Counted from the first letter of the stretch, positions 20,339 through 30,600 are shown. The stretch is 64,000 nucleotides of DNA from Candidatus Kaelpia imicola (GCA_030765505.1 JAVCCL010000020.1:28538-92537), one strand, 5' to 3'. Numbers and translations: made by a program. Notes: a model not told the origin generated them from the letters alone.

Positions 20339-21408
20339 TGGATTTTAAAGATTTCTACGGTAAGAGTTTTCATATAGAACATTTAAAATGGGATGGAAGC
20401 TGTCTTGAGGTTTTAGATCAGAGGCTGCTTCCTGATAAGATATTTTGGGTGAGCGCAAATAACATAGAGGATGTCTTTAATCTAATTAGAAAGATGTATA
20501 TTAGAGGTGCACCTCTAATAGGGATTGTTGCTGCTTTCGGGGTAGTTCTAAAGATAAAGTCTGACATGCCCAGAGATATTGCAGGGCTAGAGAGGCAGAT
20601 TGATAGTGCAATAGAGATATTATCTAAATCTCGGCCCACAGCGGTAAATCTACACTGGGCGTTAAGAAGAATTAAAGAAGTTTTCAATAAGAATAGAGAT
20701 AGAAATTTAATTGAATTGATAGATATTATAGAGAATGATGCACTATCTATATGGAAAGAGGATCTAGAGCAATCTTACAGAATAGGAGATTTAGGTTCTG
20801 AGCTAATAGAAGATGAGGATAACGTTCTAACGCATTGTAATGCTGGTGGACTTGCAACAGGGGGCTATGGTACGGCTCTGGCTGTATTCTTCAGCGCTAA
20901 AGAGAGAGGAAAGAATTTTTCCGTCTATGTAGATGAGACAAGGCCTCTGCTTCAAGGCGGGAGGTTGACTTGCTGGGAATTAAAAGAGGCAGGTATAGAT
21001 TATAAATTAATTACCGATAGCATGGCCGGGTTTTTAATGAAAGAGAAGAAGATAGACAAAGTGTTTGTCGGAGCCGACAGAATAGTTAAGAACGGTGATT
21101 TTGCCAATAAGATCGGTACTTATTCTTTAGCCAGACTTGCAGGGATACATAAATTACCTTTCTATGTTGTTGCTCCTTCAACCAGTTTCGACTTATCTCT
21201 GGATAGAGGAGAGGATATTCCCATTGAAAGAAGAGGTTCTGATGAGGTTCTTAAGATATCCGGGGTTAGAGTTGCGCCTTCCGGTACTAGAGTTGAAAAT
21301 CCGGCTTTCGATATAACCGAGTCTGAATTTATAACTGCCATAATAACTGAGAAAGGAATAATAGAGAGACCTTTTAAAGAGAGAATCAAGAAGGTGCTAA
21401 ATGGATGA
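20335..21408 (+). CDS. mtnA: S-methyl-5-thioribose-1-phosphate isomerase
   Basis: IRGAPLIG, SRPTAVNL, THCNAGGLAT, DETRP, GADR, NKIGTY, NPAFD. Confidence 0.94.
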   Translation: MMDFKDFYGKSFHIEHLKWDGSCLEVLDQRLLPDKIFWVSANNIEDVFNLIRKMYIRGAPLIGIVAAFGVVLKIKSDMPRDIAGLERQIDSAIEILSKSRPTAVNLHWALRRIKEVFNKNRDRNLIELIDIIENDALSIWKEDLEQSYRIGDLGSELIEDEDNVLTHCNAGGLATGGYGTALAVFFSAKERGKNFSVYVDETRPLLQGGRLTCWELKEAGIDYKLITDSMAGFLMKEKKIDKVFVGADRIVKNGDFANKIGTYSLARLAGIHKLPFYVVAPSTSFDLSLDRGEDIPIERRGSDEVLKISGVRVAPSGTRVENPAFDITESEFITAIITEKGIIERPFKERIKKVLNG

Positions 21409-22285
21409 GGATAGATTGGTAACCTTATTAACTTCATTGTTTAAAGATGATAGAGGTTTAATAGGTATAGGAGATGATGCTGCGGTATTACCATATAAGG
21501 AGGGTGAGAATCTTCTCTTTACAACCGATACCATTATTGAAGGCAGACATTTTGTAAAGGATAGATTAAGCCCGTATTATATAGGCCGTAAGGCTATGGC
21601 GGTTAATATATCAGATATAGCTGCTATGGGAGGGGAGCCTCTCTATGCGGTGGTCAATCTTGGAATTAAAAGACTGGATAAAAGTTTTGTATCCAACATC
21701 TATAAGGGTATTAAGAATATAGCCGAAAGGTATGGCATAAAAATAGTGGGCGGTGATACGGTTAAGAGCAGCTCTCTTTTTTTGGCTGTTGCTATGATAG
21801 GCAAGGTTAAGAGTGGTCGTCTATTGACTCGATCCGGGGCTAAGACTGGCGATACTATCTATGTTACAGGTACTATTGGCGGAGCTACCTCTTCTTCTAA
21901 GCATTATAAATTTAATCCAAGATTGAAAGAGGCTCAATGGTTGAGTCGTAATTTCAAGATAAATTCTATGATAGATGTAACAGATGGCTTGATTTTAGAT
22001 CTTAGTAGATTATGCAGGGCTTCTAATAAAGGTGCTATCTTAGATAAAAGATTGATTCCTTTGTCAACAGGAGCAGCCAGCTTTAGCAGTGCAGTCAAAG
22101 AGGGGGAAGATTTCGAATTATTGTTTACCGCTTCAAAGAAGAGTAATATTCCAGGCTCTATTCCAGGTTGCGGTCTTAAAGTCAGGTCTATAGGCAATAT
22201 TATAGGAAAGAGAGATAGAATCCTTATTCAGGAGGCAGGACGGGTGAGAGAGGTTAAAGTAGGGGGTTATGACCATTTCAAGTAA
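21401..22285 (+). CDS. thiL: Thiamine-monophosphate kinase
   Basis: GIGDDAA, NISDIAAMGG, GGDT, DVTDGL, GEDFELLFT, GYDHF. Confidence 0.94.
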   Translation: MDEDRLVTLLTSLFKDDRGLIGIGDDAAVLPYKEGENLLFTTDTIIEGRHFVKDRLSPYYIGRKAMAVNISDIAAMGGEPLYAVVNLGIKRLDKSFVSNIYKGIKNIAERYGIKIVGGDTVKSSSLFLAVAMIGKVKSGRLLTRSGAKTGDTIYVTGTIGGATSSSKHYKFNPRLKEAQWLSRNFKINSMIDVTDGLILDLSRLCRASNKGAILDKRLIPLSTGAASFSSAVKEGEDFELLFTASKKSNIPGSIPGCGLKVRSIGNIIGKRDRILIQEAGRVREVKVGGYDHFK

Positions 22286-22730
22286 AAAGATTTATACTAA
22301 TTCTGAGCAGGAGACTTTTAATTTAGGCAAGAATATGGCGAACTCTATCTCTCCTGGGGTAGTGGTCGGTTTTGAGGGAGAGCTGGGTGCGGGTAAGACC
22401 GTTCTTGTAAAAGGTATTCTGGCAGGATTAGGATATGAGCCCAAAAATGTAGTTAGCGCTTCTTTTGTTTTAGCCCAGGAATATAAAGCCAGGTTCCCTG
22501 TTGTTCATATGGATCTTTATAGATTGACCAATAAAGCTGAAATATTTGAAATTGATTGGGATGATTACATTTCCAGAGAGAATGTCGTTCTTGTAGAATG
22601 GGCGGAAAAAACCAAAGGCGTTTTAATTCTGGATGTTTCGGTAAAGATAGTTCTTCTATCCGAAGATAGGCAGCGGTTAGTAGAGGTTGATACAGATAAC
22701 GTAAAATTTTTAAAGGAGATAACTTTTTAA
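22269..22730 (+). CDS. tsaE: tRNA t6A biosynthesis ATPase TsaE
   Basis: GELGAGKT, HMDLYRL, VEW. Confidence 0.93.
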   Translation: MTISSKKIYTNSEQETFNLGKNMANSISPGVVVGFEGELGAGKTVLVKGILAGLGYEPKNVVSASFVLAQEYKARFPVVHMDLYRLTNKAEIFEIDWDDYISRENVVLVEWAEKTKGVLILDVSVKIVLLSEDRQRLVEVDTDNVKFLKEITF

Positions 22731-22735
22731 TTAAG

Positions 22736-23413
22736 ATGTTTATTCTTGGGATAGATGCTTCTTCAGATCGGTTGAATATCGGATTGGGTAAAGATGGCGA
22801 GCTGGTCTCCAGCCTATCACTGGAAAATCCTCGTAAGCATACAGCCTTGTTATATAAATATATTAATGCGGTATTAGAGAAGAGAGGGATAGCAGTTGAA
22901 GATCTAAGTTGTTTTGCTGCTGTTGTAGGTCCAGGTTCCTTTACTGGAATAAGGATAGCTGTTACAGCAGTTAAGGCTCTTGCTTATGCTTTAGATAAAG
23001 ACGTGGTGGCTTTAAACTCTTTGGATCTATTAGCCTTGAACGCATCTCCTTTTAAAGGCGATACTGTTGCTTCTTTAATGGACGGCAAGAGAGGCAATAT
23101 CTATTTTTCTAAGTATAAAAGAAGTGGGGATGGCTTTAAAAGAGTTAGTGAATATGCTCTAATATCTGCAGAAGAAGCTGGAGATAGATTAAAAGATCTG
23201 GATATTGTTTTGGGAGATGGAGTTGATATGTTAAGAGAAGTTTATCCTCATATAGAGAATAACTTAAATATTCCAGATAAAGAGAGCTGGTCTATAAAGC
23301 CTGAATATATGATAAGTTCAGCTTTTCACAATTGGAATAATGGAGAGAGGGAGAATATATTTGATTTAAAGCCCGTTTATATTTATCCTAAAGAGTGTAC
23401 GATAAGGAGATAG
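22736..23413 (+). CDS. tsaB: tRNA t6A biosynthesis protein TsaB
   Basis: ILGIDAS, GPGSFTGIRI, LKPVY. Confidence 0.93.
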   Translation: MFILGIDASSDRLNIGLGKDGELVSSLSLENPRKHTALLYKYINAVLEKRGIAVEDLSCFAAVVGPGSFTGIRIAVTAVKALAYALDKDVVALNSLDLLALNASPFKGDTVASLMDGKRGNIYFSKYKRSGDGFKRVSEYALISAEEAGDRLKDLDIVLGDGVDMLREVYPHIENNLNIPDKESWSIKPEYMISSAFHNWNNGERENIFDLKPVYIYPKECTIRR

Positions 23414-23434
23414 TATAATTAAAAAAGGTGTAAT

Positions 23435-24562
23435 ATGCAGATAGACCTAAGAAATAGAATATCCTCCAGATGCTGGTTAGAGATAGATTTAAATATTTTA
23501 AGGTCTAATCTCCTAAATTTAAGAAAGTTTTTAAAATCAGAAGTCGGCATTATTGCTGTTGTAAAGAGTGATGCCTATGAGCATGGAATAAAAGAGGTTG
23601 TAGAAACCCTGGCAGATCTGGTCGATATCTTTGCAGTCTCCAGCCTTAATAAAGCCTATGAGATTAAAGAATGCGGCATAGATAAACCCATTCTCTTCCT
23701 CTCTAATCCTTTAGGGGCTGATGATCTAAATTTTATAATAGAGAAGGATATAATTCCGGTTATAAATAGCATTGAGTTTTTAGATTCTTTTCAAAGAAGA
23801 GCCGTACAGGCTGGTATTAAAATTCCGGTACATATCAAAATTGATACTGGTATGTCTAGATTAGGTGTAGGGTGGGAGGAGAGCAATAGACTGATAAAGG
23901 CTCTTCTTAAAGCCAGCCATCTTGATGTTCAAGGCTGCTTTACTCATTTTGCACATGCTGAAGATATAGATTTTACGAGGTTGCAGGCAGAGAGATTTCA
24001 ACATTCAAGAACTCTTCTTAAGTCCCATGGTTATAATTTTATATCTCATGCGGCCAATAGTTCTGCAACTTTACGCATGCCTTCTCTCTGGTATGATTTT
24101 GTAAGACCGGGGCTGATTCTTTATGGGGTATACCCTGATTCTGGAGTAAAAAATAGAATTAGGATAACCCAGGCTATGAGCTTTAAAACCCGCCTTATAG
24201 AGATAAAGACTGTAAGAAGGGGGAGTTTTATAGGATATTGCTGTACCTATAAAGCTTCTTTGGATATGAAGATAGGCATTATTCCTGTAGGTTATAATCA
24301 GGGTATTCCTTGGAGTTCTTCAAATAGAGGTTCAGTTCTTCTGAGGTCCAAAAGAGTGCCTATTTTAGGTAGAATTTCTATGGATCAGATAATCGTTGAT
24401 TTAAGGGAGGTCGAAGAGGCTCAGATAGGTGATGAGATTGTAATTACAGGAAAACAGGGGACTGAAGAGATAAGAATTGAAGAGCTGGCTGAGTTATCCA
24501 ATACAATCCCTTATGAAGTTTTATGTAGTTTGGGCAAAGCTAAAGACAGAGTCTATCTTTAA
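23435..24562 (+). CDS. alr: Alanine racemase
   Basis: AVVKSDAYEHG (PLP Lys), HIKIDTGMSRLG, HAANS, VRPG, GRISMDQ, TIPYEVL. Confidence 0.93.
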   Translation: MQIDLRNRISSRCWLEIDLNILRSNLLNLRKFLKSEVGIIAVVKSDAYEHGIKEVVETLADLVDIFAVSSLNKAYEIKECGIDKPILFLSNPLGADDLNFIIEKDIIPVINSIEFLDSFQRRAVQAGIKIPVHIKIDTGMSRLGVGWEESNRLIKALLKASHLDVQGCFTHFAHAEDIDFTRLQAERFQHSRTLLKSHGYNFISHAANSSATLRMPSLWYDFVRPGLILYGVYPDSGVKNRIRITQAMSFKTRLIEIKTVRRGSFIGYCCTYKASLDMKIGIIPVGYNQGIPWSSSNRGSVLLRSKRVPILGRISMDQIIVDLREVEEAQIGDEIVITGKQGTEEIRIEELAELSNTIPYEVLCSLGKAKDRVYL

Positions 24563-24652
24563 CTTGTTTAATTTATTAAATTATTTTTTTGTTGTCTATA
24601 ATTTTAGAGCTGTTGTTATTTTTAGATAATAGATTTGCAAAAGGAGGTAGGA

Positions 24653-26305
24653 ATGCGTAGTGATAAAATAAAGAGAGGAGTGGAGCGGGTTCCGCATAGG
24701 GCGTTGCTCTATGCAACAGGAGTATCTAAGACTGCCTGGAGAAAACCTTTTATAGGGATGGTTTCAAGTTTTACTGATCTTGTGCCGGGACATGTTAATA
24801 TGCGTGTTTTAGAGCGTGCAATTGAGCAGGGTGTGTTCTCTGGAGGCGGTGTGGGTTTTTATTTTAGTGTACCCGGTATCTGTGATGGTGTTGCAATGGG
24901 GCATAGCGGTATGAGGTATTCTTTACCGTCGCGTGAATTGATAGCAGATATGATCGAGAGCACTGCTAATGCTCATCAGCTTGATGGTCTTGTCTGTCTC
25001 ACTGATTGCGATAAGATTACTCCGGGTATGCTGATGGCTGTTGCCAGAATTAATATACCTGCGATTATTGTTACGGCCGGGCCCATGCTTGCCGGTAATT
25101 ATAAAGGTAAGAGGCTCTCTTTAGTCCGTGATACTTTTGAAGCCATAGGTCAATATAGAGCAGGTAATATATCAAGAGATGAACTTACTGAATTAGAGTG
25201 CCGTGCTTGTCCTGGAGCTGGTTCATGCCAGGGAATGTATACAGCAAATACAATGGCCTGTTTAACGGAGGCATTAGGAATGAGCCTTCCTCTCTGTGCC
25301 ACCTCTCCGGCTGTGTCTGCTGAGGCGGTAAGAATTGCAAGAGATAGCGGCGAAAGGGTTGTGGAGCTTGTAAAGAAAGATATAAAGCCAAGAGATATAA
25401 TGAATAATAAATCGTTTGATAATGCTATAGCAGTTGATATGGCTTTGGGTGGTTCGACAAATACTGTCTTACACCTTAAAGCTGTTGCGCATGAAGCAGG
25501 AGTAGAATTATCACTGGATAGGTTTGATCAGATAAGCAAGAAGACTCCTAATATTTGTAAGCTCAGGCCGGCTGGAGATTACATGATGGAGGATCTACAT
25601 AGAGCAGGGGGTATACCGGCTGTTCTTAAGAGGCTTAAAAAATTAATCAAAAACAATATTACTACCTCAGGTCATATGGTTCATAAAATCTTAGATAATG
25701 CAGAGATATTTGATGATGATATTATAAGGTCAACAGATAGAGCCTATTCTAAAGAGGGTGGTATTGCGATATTAAAGGGTAATATTGCTCAAGATGGTGC
25801 GGTTGTTAAACAGTCGGCGGTATCTAAGGAAATGCTTAAATTCAAAGGTAAGGCCAGGGTTTTTAATTCTGAAGAGGCTGCAAATAAGGCTATTTTAGAC
25901 GGTAAGATAAAGAAGGGGTCGGTTGTTGTTATAAGATATGAAGGACCTAAGGGCGGTCCCGGTATGCGTGAGATGCTGGCTCCGACTTCAGCCGTATATG
26001 GTATGGGTTTAGCTAATGATGTTGCCTTGATAACTGATGGCAGGTTTTCAGGAGGTACCCGTGGGCCCTGTATCGGACATATCTCTCCAGAGGCCCAAGA
26101 AGGGGGTGCTATTGCTTTAATTCAGGAGGGAGATGTTATTAAGGTTGATATTCCTAAAGGAAAGTTAAATCTTTTGATCTCCGAGAAAGAGTTAAAAGAG
26201 AGAAAAAAGAGATGGCGTAGTCCAGAGTTAAAAGTAAAAGAGGGCTGGCTCTCCCGCTACGCGAAGCTGGTTAGCTCTGCCAGTACAGGGGCTGTTTTTA
26301 AATAA
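24653..26305 (+). CDS. ilvD: Dihydroxy-acid dehydratase
   Basis: [46 protein letters not shown]; ATG 24653 follows an AGGAGG SD. Confidence 0.97.
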   Translation: MRSDKIKRGVERVPHRALLYATGVSKTAWRKPFIGMVSSFTDLVPGHVNMRVLERAIEQGVFSGGGVGFYFSVPGICDGVAMGHSGMRYSLPSRELIADMIESTANAHQLDGLVCLTDCDKITPGMLMAVARINIPAIIVTAGPMLAGNYKGKRLSLVRDTFEAIGQYRAGNISRDELTELECRACPGAGSCQGMYTANTMACLTEALGMSLPLCATSPAVSAEAVRIARDSGERVVELVKKDIKPRDIMNNKSFDNAIAVDMALGGSTNTVLHLKAVAHEAGVELSLDRFDQISKKTPNICKLRPAGDYMMEDLHRAGGIPAVLKRLKKLIKNNITTSGHMVHKILDNAEIFDDDIIRSTDRAYSKEGGIAILKGNIAQDGAVVKQSAVSKEMLKFKGKARVFNSEEAANKAILDGKIKKGSVVVIRYEGPKGGPGMREMLAPTSAVYGMGLANDVALITDGRFSGGTRGPCIGHISPEAQEGGAIALIQEGDVIKVDIPKGKLNLLISEKELKERKKRWRSPELKVKEGWLSRYAKLVSSASTGAVFK

Positions 26306-26314
26306 GCTTTTGCA

Positions 26315-27766
26315 ATGATAACTTCTCAGATAGAGAAAATAGATAATTATAGGTGGCGTATACCGAGAGATTATCAGAAAGGTATGAGAGTTCCGGGGAT
26401 AGTCTACGCCACTGAGGATATGTTTGATAAAGCTATAGACAGTCAGGCCTTTAAGCAGGTTGCCAATGTTGCCCATCTTCCTGGGATAGTTAAATACTCT
26501 CTGGCCATGCCCGATATCCACTGGGGTTATGGTTTTCCAATAGGAGGGGTTGCAGCAACCGATCCTGACAATGGCGGTGTTATCTCACCCGGTGGAGTTG
26601 GGTATGATATAAACTGCGGCTTAAGGCTTTTACGTTCGGATATAGAGTATAAGGATATTGAAAAAGAGGTTATCAATTTGGTTTCATCTATCTATTCCTC
26701 TGTTCCTGCAGGAGTTGGCTCAAAAGGTGATGTCAGATTGTCCAGAAAAGAGGAGAGGAGTCTTTTATTAAAGGGTGCAAGGTGGACTGTTGAGAAAGGA
26801 TTTGGAGTAAAAGAAGATCTAACATACTGCGAAGAGAATGGTCAGATAGAGGGAGCAGATCCTGATAAAGTAAGCGATAGAGCATATGAGAGAGGTAGAG
26901 ACCAGTGTGGAACTCTTGGTTCCGGGAATCATTTCTTAGAGATTCAGGTGATAGATGAGATATACGATGAGTATTCTGCTGATAGGTTAGGACTAAAGAG
27001 AGGTGCTGTCACAGTAATGATCCATACCGGTTCTCGCGGGTTTGGTTACCAGGTCTGCGATGATTATTTAAAGACCATGGTTAAAGCAGTCAGTAAATAC
27101 GATATAAGCATTCCAGATAGACAGCTCGCTTCCGCTCCCATTAATTCTAGGGAAGCGAAAGATTATATCGGGGCTATGAGATCTGCTGCTAACTATGCCT
27201 GGGCTAATCGGCAATATATTACTTATTTAATAAGGACTGTTTTTGAAAAGGTCTTTGCTCAGAGCTGGGACTCTTTGGGACTCAATTTAGTATATGATGT
27301 TGCTCATAATATTGCAAAATTCGAAAAACATATTGTAGATGGAAAGAAGAAAATATTATGTGTTCACAGAAAAGGTGCGACACGTGCATTCGGACCTGAT
27401 CATCCTGAGATACCGGAAAAATATAAAGATATAGGTCAACCTGTGATTATACCCGGAGATATGGGTACGGCCTCCTATCTTCTGCTTGGAACTGAATCTG
27501 CAATGAGAGAGAGTTTTGGTTCAACCTGCCATGGGGCAGGCAGGGTTATGTCCAGAACGGAAGCGATTAAAAAAGGCAGGAATAGATCTATTAGTAAAGA
27601 GCTTAAAGATAGAGGAATATTTGTTTTATCTAGAGGCAAGAAGACATTGATTGAAGAGATGCCTGATGCATATAAAGATATAGACCAGGTGGTTGATGTT
27701 GTTGTGTCGGCGGGAATATCAAAAAAAGTTTGTAGAATGAGACCGGTTGGTGTTGTTAAAGGGTAG
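26315..27766 (+). CDS. rtcB: RNA-splicing/repair ligase RtcB (long, archaeal/eukaryote-like form)
   Basis: MPDIHWGYGFPIGG, GYDINCG, GSGNHF, HTGSRG, YDVAHN, HRKGATRA, STCHGAGR. Confidence 0.95.
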   Translation: MITSQIEKIDNYRWRIPRDYQKGMRVPGIVYATEDMFDKAIDSQAFKQVANVAHLPGIVKYSLAMPDIHWGYGFPIGGVAATDPDNGGVISPGGVGYDINCGLRLLRSDIEYKDIEKEVINLVSSIYSSVPAGVGSKGDVRLSRKEERSLLLKGARWTVEKGFGVKEDLTYCEENGQIEGADPDKVSDRAYERGRDQCGTLGSGNHFLEIQVIDEIYDEYSADRLGLKRGAVTVMIHTGSRGFGYQVCDDYLKTMVKAVSKYDISIPDRQLASAPINSREAKDYIGAMRSAANYAWANRQYITYLIRTVFEKVFAQSWDSLGLNLVYDVAHNIAKFEKHIVDGKKKILCVHRKGATRAFGPDHPEIPEKYKDIGQPVIIPGDMGTASYLLLGTESAMRESFGSTCHGAGRVMSRTEAIKKGRNRSISKELKDRGIFVLSRGKKTLIEEMPDAYKDIDQVVDVVVSAGISKKVCRMRPVGVVKG

Positions 27767-27794
27767 TTAGTTGCGATAAAAACAGGGAGGATAT

Positions 27795-29048
27795 ATGTTG
27801 GATCCAAAATTTATTCGTGAAAATAGTAATTTAATAAGAGAGTCTTTAAAGAATCGTAATATGGATTTCGATATAAGCAATTTTTTAGATTTAGATGAAA
27901 AGAGAAGAGTTTTTATAAAAGAGATAGATGATTTAAGGTCTGAGCATAACAGGGAGAACAAGAAGATTCCGGAATTAAAGAAGAGAGGTGAAAATATTAA
28001 TGTTAAGTTAGAAGAGTTAAAAAAGCTCTCCGATAAAATAAGTTCTAAAGAACAAGATTTAAAAGATAGGGAAGATAAATTAAAAGTTTTACTTCTGAAT
28101 ATTCCTAATATTCCGCATCAATCTGTTCCTGTTGGCCCTGATGCTTCTTTTAATAAAATAGTTAGAGAATGGGGTGGAGACAAGAAGTTTGATTTTAAGC
28201 CTCTAACTCATATTGAATTAGCCGAACATTTAGATATTATTGATTTTTCAAGAGCAGCTAAGATAACAGGATCTAATTTTATTCTATTTAAAGGTTTTGG
28301 GGCAAAGCTTGTCAGGGTGTTAATGAATTTTATGTTAGATTTACATACTCAAAAGCATGGCTATTGCGAAGTATGGCCTCCATTATTAGTCAATAGGGAT
28401 AGTATGATTAGCACAGGTCAACTGCCTAAGTTAGAAGAGGATATGTATAAACTGAACGGCGAAGATTACTTCTTAATTCCTACGGCTGAAGTACCTCTAA
28501 CCAATATTCACAGAGATGAGATTTTGAATGAAGACGACCTGCCTATCTATTATACGGCTTATACTCCCTGCTTTAGAAAAGAGGCAGGCTCTTACGGTAA
28601 AGATACTAAAGGTTTAATTAGAGTACATCAGTTTGATAAGGTCGAGATGGTTAAGTTTACTACCCCTGAATCTTCTTGGGATGAACATGAGAAGTTAACT
28701 CAAGATGCGGAAGAGGTTTTACAGCTTCTGGGTTTAAGATATAGAGTTGTTGCACTCTCAACAGGTGATCTATCGTTTGCGGCTTCTAAGTGCTATGATT
28801 TAGAAGCTTGGACATCGGGATTAGAGAGGTGGCTTGAGGTCTCAAGCTGCTCTAATTTTACTGATTTTCAGGCCAGGCGGGCTAATATAAAAATGAGAAG
28901 AAAGGATGGCTCTTTAACTTATGTACATACTCTCAACGGTTCCGGACTTGCTTTCGCCAGGATTATAATATGCCTTCTAGAGGTTTACCAGCAGAAAGAC
29001 GGTTCTATCTCTATTCCTGATGTTTTACGTCCTTATATGGAAAAATAG
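27795..29048 (+). CDS. serS: Serine--tRNA ligase
   Basis: N-terminal coiled coil, LIPTAEVP, FRKEAGSYG, EVSSCSN, HTLNGSGLA. Confidence 0.97.
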   Translation: MLDPKFIRENSNLIRESLKNRNMDFDISNFLDLDEKRRVFIKEIDDLRSEHNRENKKIPELKKRGENINVKLEELKKLSDKISSKEQDLKDREDKLKVLLLNIPNIPHQSVPVGPDASFNKIVREWGGDKKFDFKPLTHIELAEHLDIIDFSRAAKITGSNFILFKGFGAKLVRVLMNFMLDLHTQKHGYCEVWPPLLVNRDSMISTGQLPKLEEDMYKLNGEDYFLIPTAEVPLTNIHRDEILNEDDLPIYYTAYTPCFRKEAGSYGKDTKGLIRVHQFDKVEMVKFTTPESSWDEHEKLTQDAEEVLQLLGLRYRVVALSTGDLSFAASKCYDLEAWTSGLERWLEVSSCSNFTDFQARRANIKMRRKDGSLTYVHTLNGSGLAFARIIICLLEVYQQKDGSISIPDVLRPYMEK

Positions 29049-29156
29049 GTAAAATAACATTTTAATAATATTTAAAGATAGATACTTTAGTTTTAGATGT
29101 CTTTTCCATTGCATAATCCTCTATTTCTATTACAATTTAACAATAGCTTTTAGTCC

Positions 29157-29244
29157 GGAGGCGTGGCAGAGCGGACTAATGCGGCGGTCTTGAAAACCGT
29201 TGTCCTTTACGGGACCAGGGGTTCAAATCCTCTCGCCTCCGCCA
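29157..29244 (+). tRNA. tRNA-Ser(TGA), CCA encoded
   Basis: Acceptor GGAGGCG/CGCCTCC, anticodon arm GCGGT-CTTGAAA-ACCGT, long variable arm, GTTCAAATCC T-loop, G discriminator + CCA. Confidence 0.95.
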
Positions 29245-29303
29245 TTTCTTGTATTGTGAATGTAATATATTACTGTTAGTGTATAACTTAGGAGGTTAAA
29301 TCA

Positions 29304-30125
29304 ATGGTTAAGTTTAGTAGCATATCTGAGGCAAAAATAAGTCGAGCTATAGTTAAGGAATTCAACGAATTTTTATCTAATTATATAGAGTCTGATGTCA
29401 TTATAGTTGGCGGTGGTCCATCTGGATTAATGGCTGGCAAGAGGTTGGCTGAAAATGGTTTTAAAACTCTTTTAATAGAGGCTAACAATTATCTTGGAGG
29501 AGGATTCTGGATGGGTGGATTCTTCATGAATACTGTCACTTTCCGTGATCCTTCTCAGAGAATTTTAAAAGAGATTGGGGTTCCTTATAAAGAGGCAGAG
29601 GCTGGTCTATTTACTGTAGATGGGCCGCATGTTTGTTCACGCTTGATTGCCAGTGCTTGTGACGCTGGATTAAAAATATTAAATCTTGTCAGGTTTGATG
29701 ATCTTGTATTAAAGAAGAATAACAAAGTTGGCGGTGTAGTTATAAACTGGGCCGCAGTAGAAAGTCTACCCAAGCAAGTACGTTGTATAGACCCTATTGC
29801 AATAGAGTCTAGGTTGGTAATAGATTCTACTGGTCATGATGCATGTGTAGCAAATCAATTGGCAAAACTTGGGTTATTAGAGATGAAAGGTGAAAAATCT
29901 ATGTGGGTTGAGAAATCTGAGGATTTAATTGTTGAGCAGACCGGCGAAGTTCATCCGGGTTTGATTGTTACAGGTATGGCCGTAGCTTCAGTCTATGGTG
30001 TCCCCAGAATGGGGCCTACTTTTGGAGCTATGCTTTATTCTGGAATAAAAGGTGCTGATGAGGCTAAAAGAATTTTGAGTTCTTCTAGTCCTAATATATC
30101 GGATAGAGAAGAAATACTGAGCTAA
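29304..30125 (+). CDS. thi4: THI4-family thiazole synthase (Cys-type)
   Basis: VGGGPSGL, GGGFWMGG, INW...CIDP, DSTGHDA, PRMGPTFGAMLYSG; AGGAGG SD. Confidence 0.92.
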   Translation: MVKFSSISEAKISRAIVKEFNEFLSNYIESDVIIVGGGPSGLMAGKRLAENGFKTLLIEANNYLGGGFWMGGFFMNTVTFRDPSQRILKEIGVPYKEAEAGLFTVDGPHVCSRLIASACDAGLKILNLVRFDDLVLKKNNKVGGVVINWAAVESLPKQVRCIDPIAIESRLVIDSTGHDACVANQLAKLGLLEMKGEKSMWVEKSEDLIVEQTGEVHPGLIVTGMAVASVYGVPRMGPTFGAMLYSGIKGADEAKRILSSSSPNISDREEILS

Positions 30126-30284
30126 TATTCTAAATTTATTTTTATAAGTTTTGATATTTATGATTGAAAATGTTATTTCTATTTAAAAGTGAGAATTTTA
30201 TTGCTCCAAGATGTCTATGCTTTATCTTAGCCGTTATCCGAAAAAATAGCCACCAGACTTATCTCTGGGCGAATTAAAATCCAC

Positions 30285-30312
30285 TTGCCCAAATCCTCTT
30301 TTATGCTATAAT
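30285..30312 (+). promoter_or_regulatory. Sigma70-type promoter for tRNA-Phe
   Basis: TTGCCC 30285-30290, 16-nt spacer, extended -10 TGcTATAAT ending at 30312, 10 nt upstream of the tRNA. Confidence 0.6.
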
Positions 30313-30322
30313 TCAAATTTAT

Positions 30323-30395
30323 GCCGAGATAGCTCAGTAGGTAGAGCGCAGGACTGAAAATCCTGGCGTCCCCAGTTCGATTCTGGGTCTCGGCA
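30323..30395 (+). tRNA. tRNA-Phe(GAA), CCA not encoded
   Basis: Acceptor GCCGAGA/TCTCGGC, anticodon arm CAGGA-CTGAAAA-TCCTG, GTTCGATTC T-loop. Confidence 0.95.
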
Positions 30396-30527
30396 TTTTT
30401 TATTTTTTACTCTTTTGTAAACCTCTCTTTATATAATTCAATAACCGTTTTCTTTCTAAAGCTATATAGTATTCAAATTCTTATTTTATAAGTGTTTTTA
30501 TGTTATAATTCATAACTGTTAAATTAT

Positions 30528-30600
30528 GCCGGGGTAGCTCAGTTGGTAGAGCAGGGCTTTCGTAAAGCTCAGGTCAAGGGTTCGAATCCCTTCTCCGGCT
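30528..30600 (+). tRNA. tRNA-Thr(CGT), CCA not encoded
   Basis: Acceptor GCCGGGG/CTCCGGC, anticodon arm GGGCT-TTCGTAA-AGCTC, GTTCGAATCC T-loop. Confidence 0.93.

Noticed and set aside
23435-24562. Alr motif variant KSDAYEHG as a sign of inactivation
   Set aside because: The PLP lysine and second catalytic Tyr region (IGYCCTY) are retained and the frame is intact
30241-30270. Bulged hairpin with adjacent A-run (possible minus-strand terminator)
   Set aside because: Imperfect stem and no nearby minus-strand gene ending there
29245-30322. Integrative element between tRNA-Ser and tRNA-Phe
   Set aside because: No integrase, transposase or duplicated tRNA 3' end is visible; only thi4 is present
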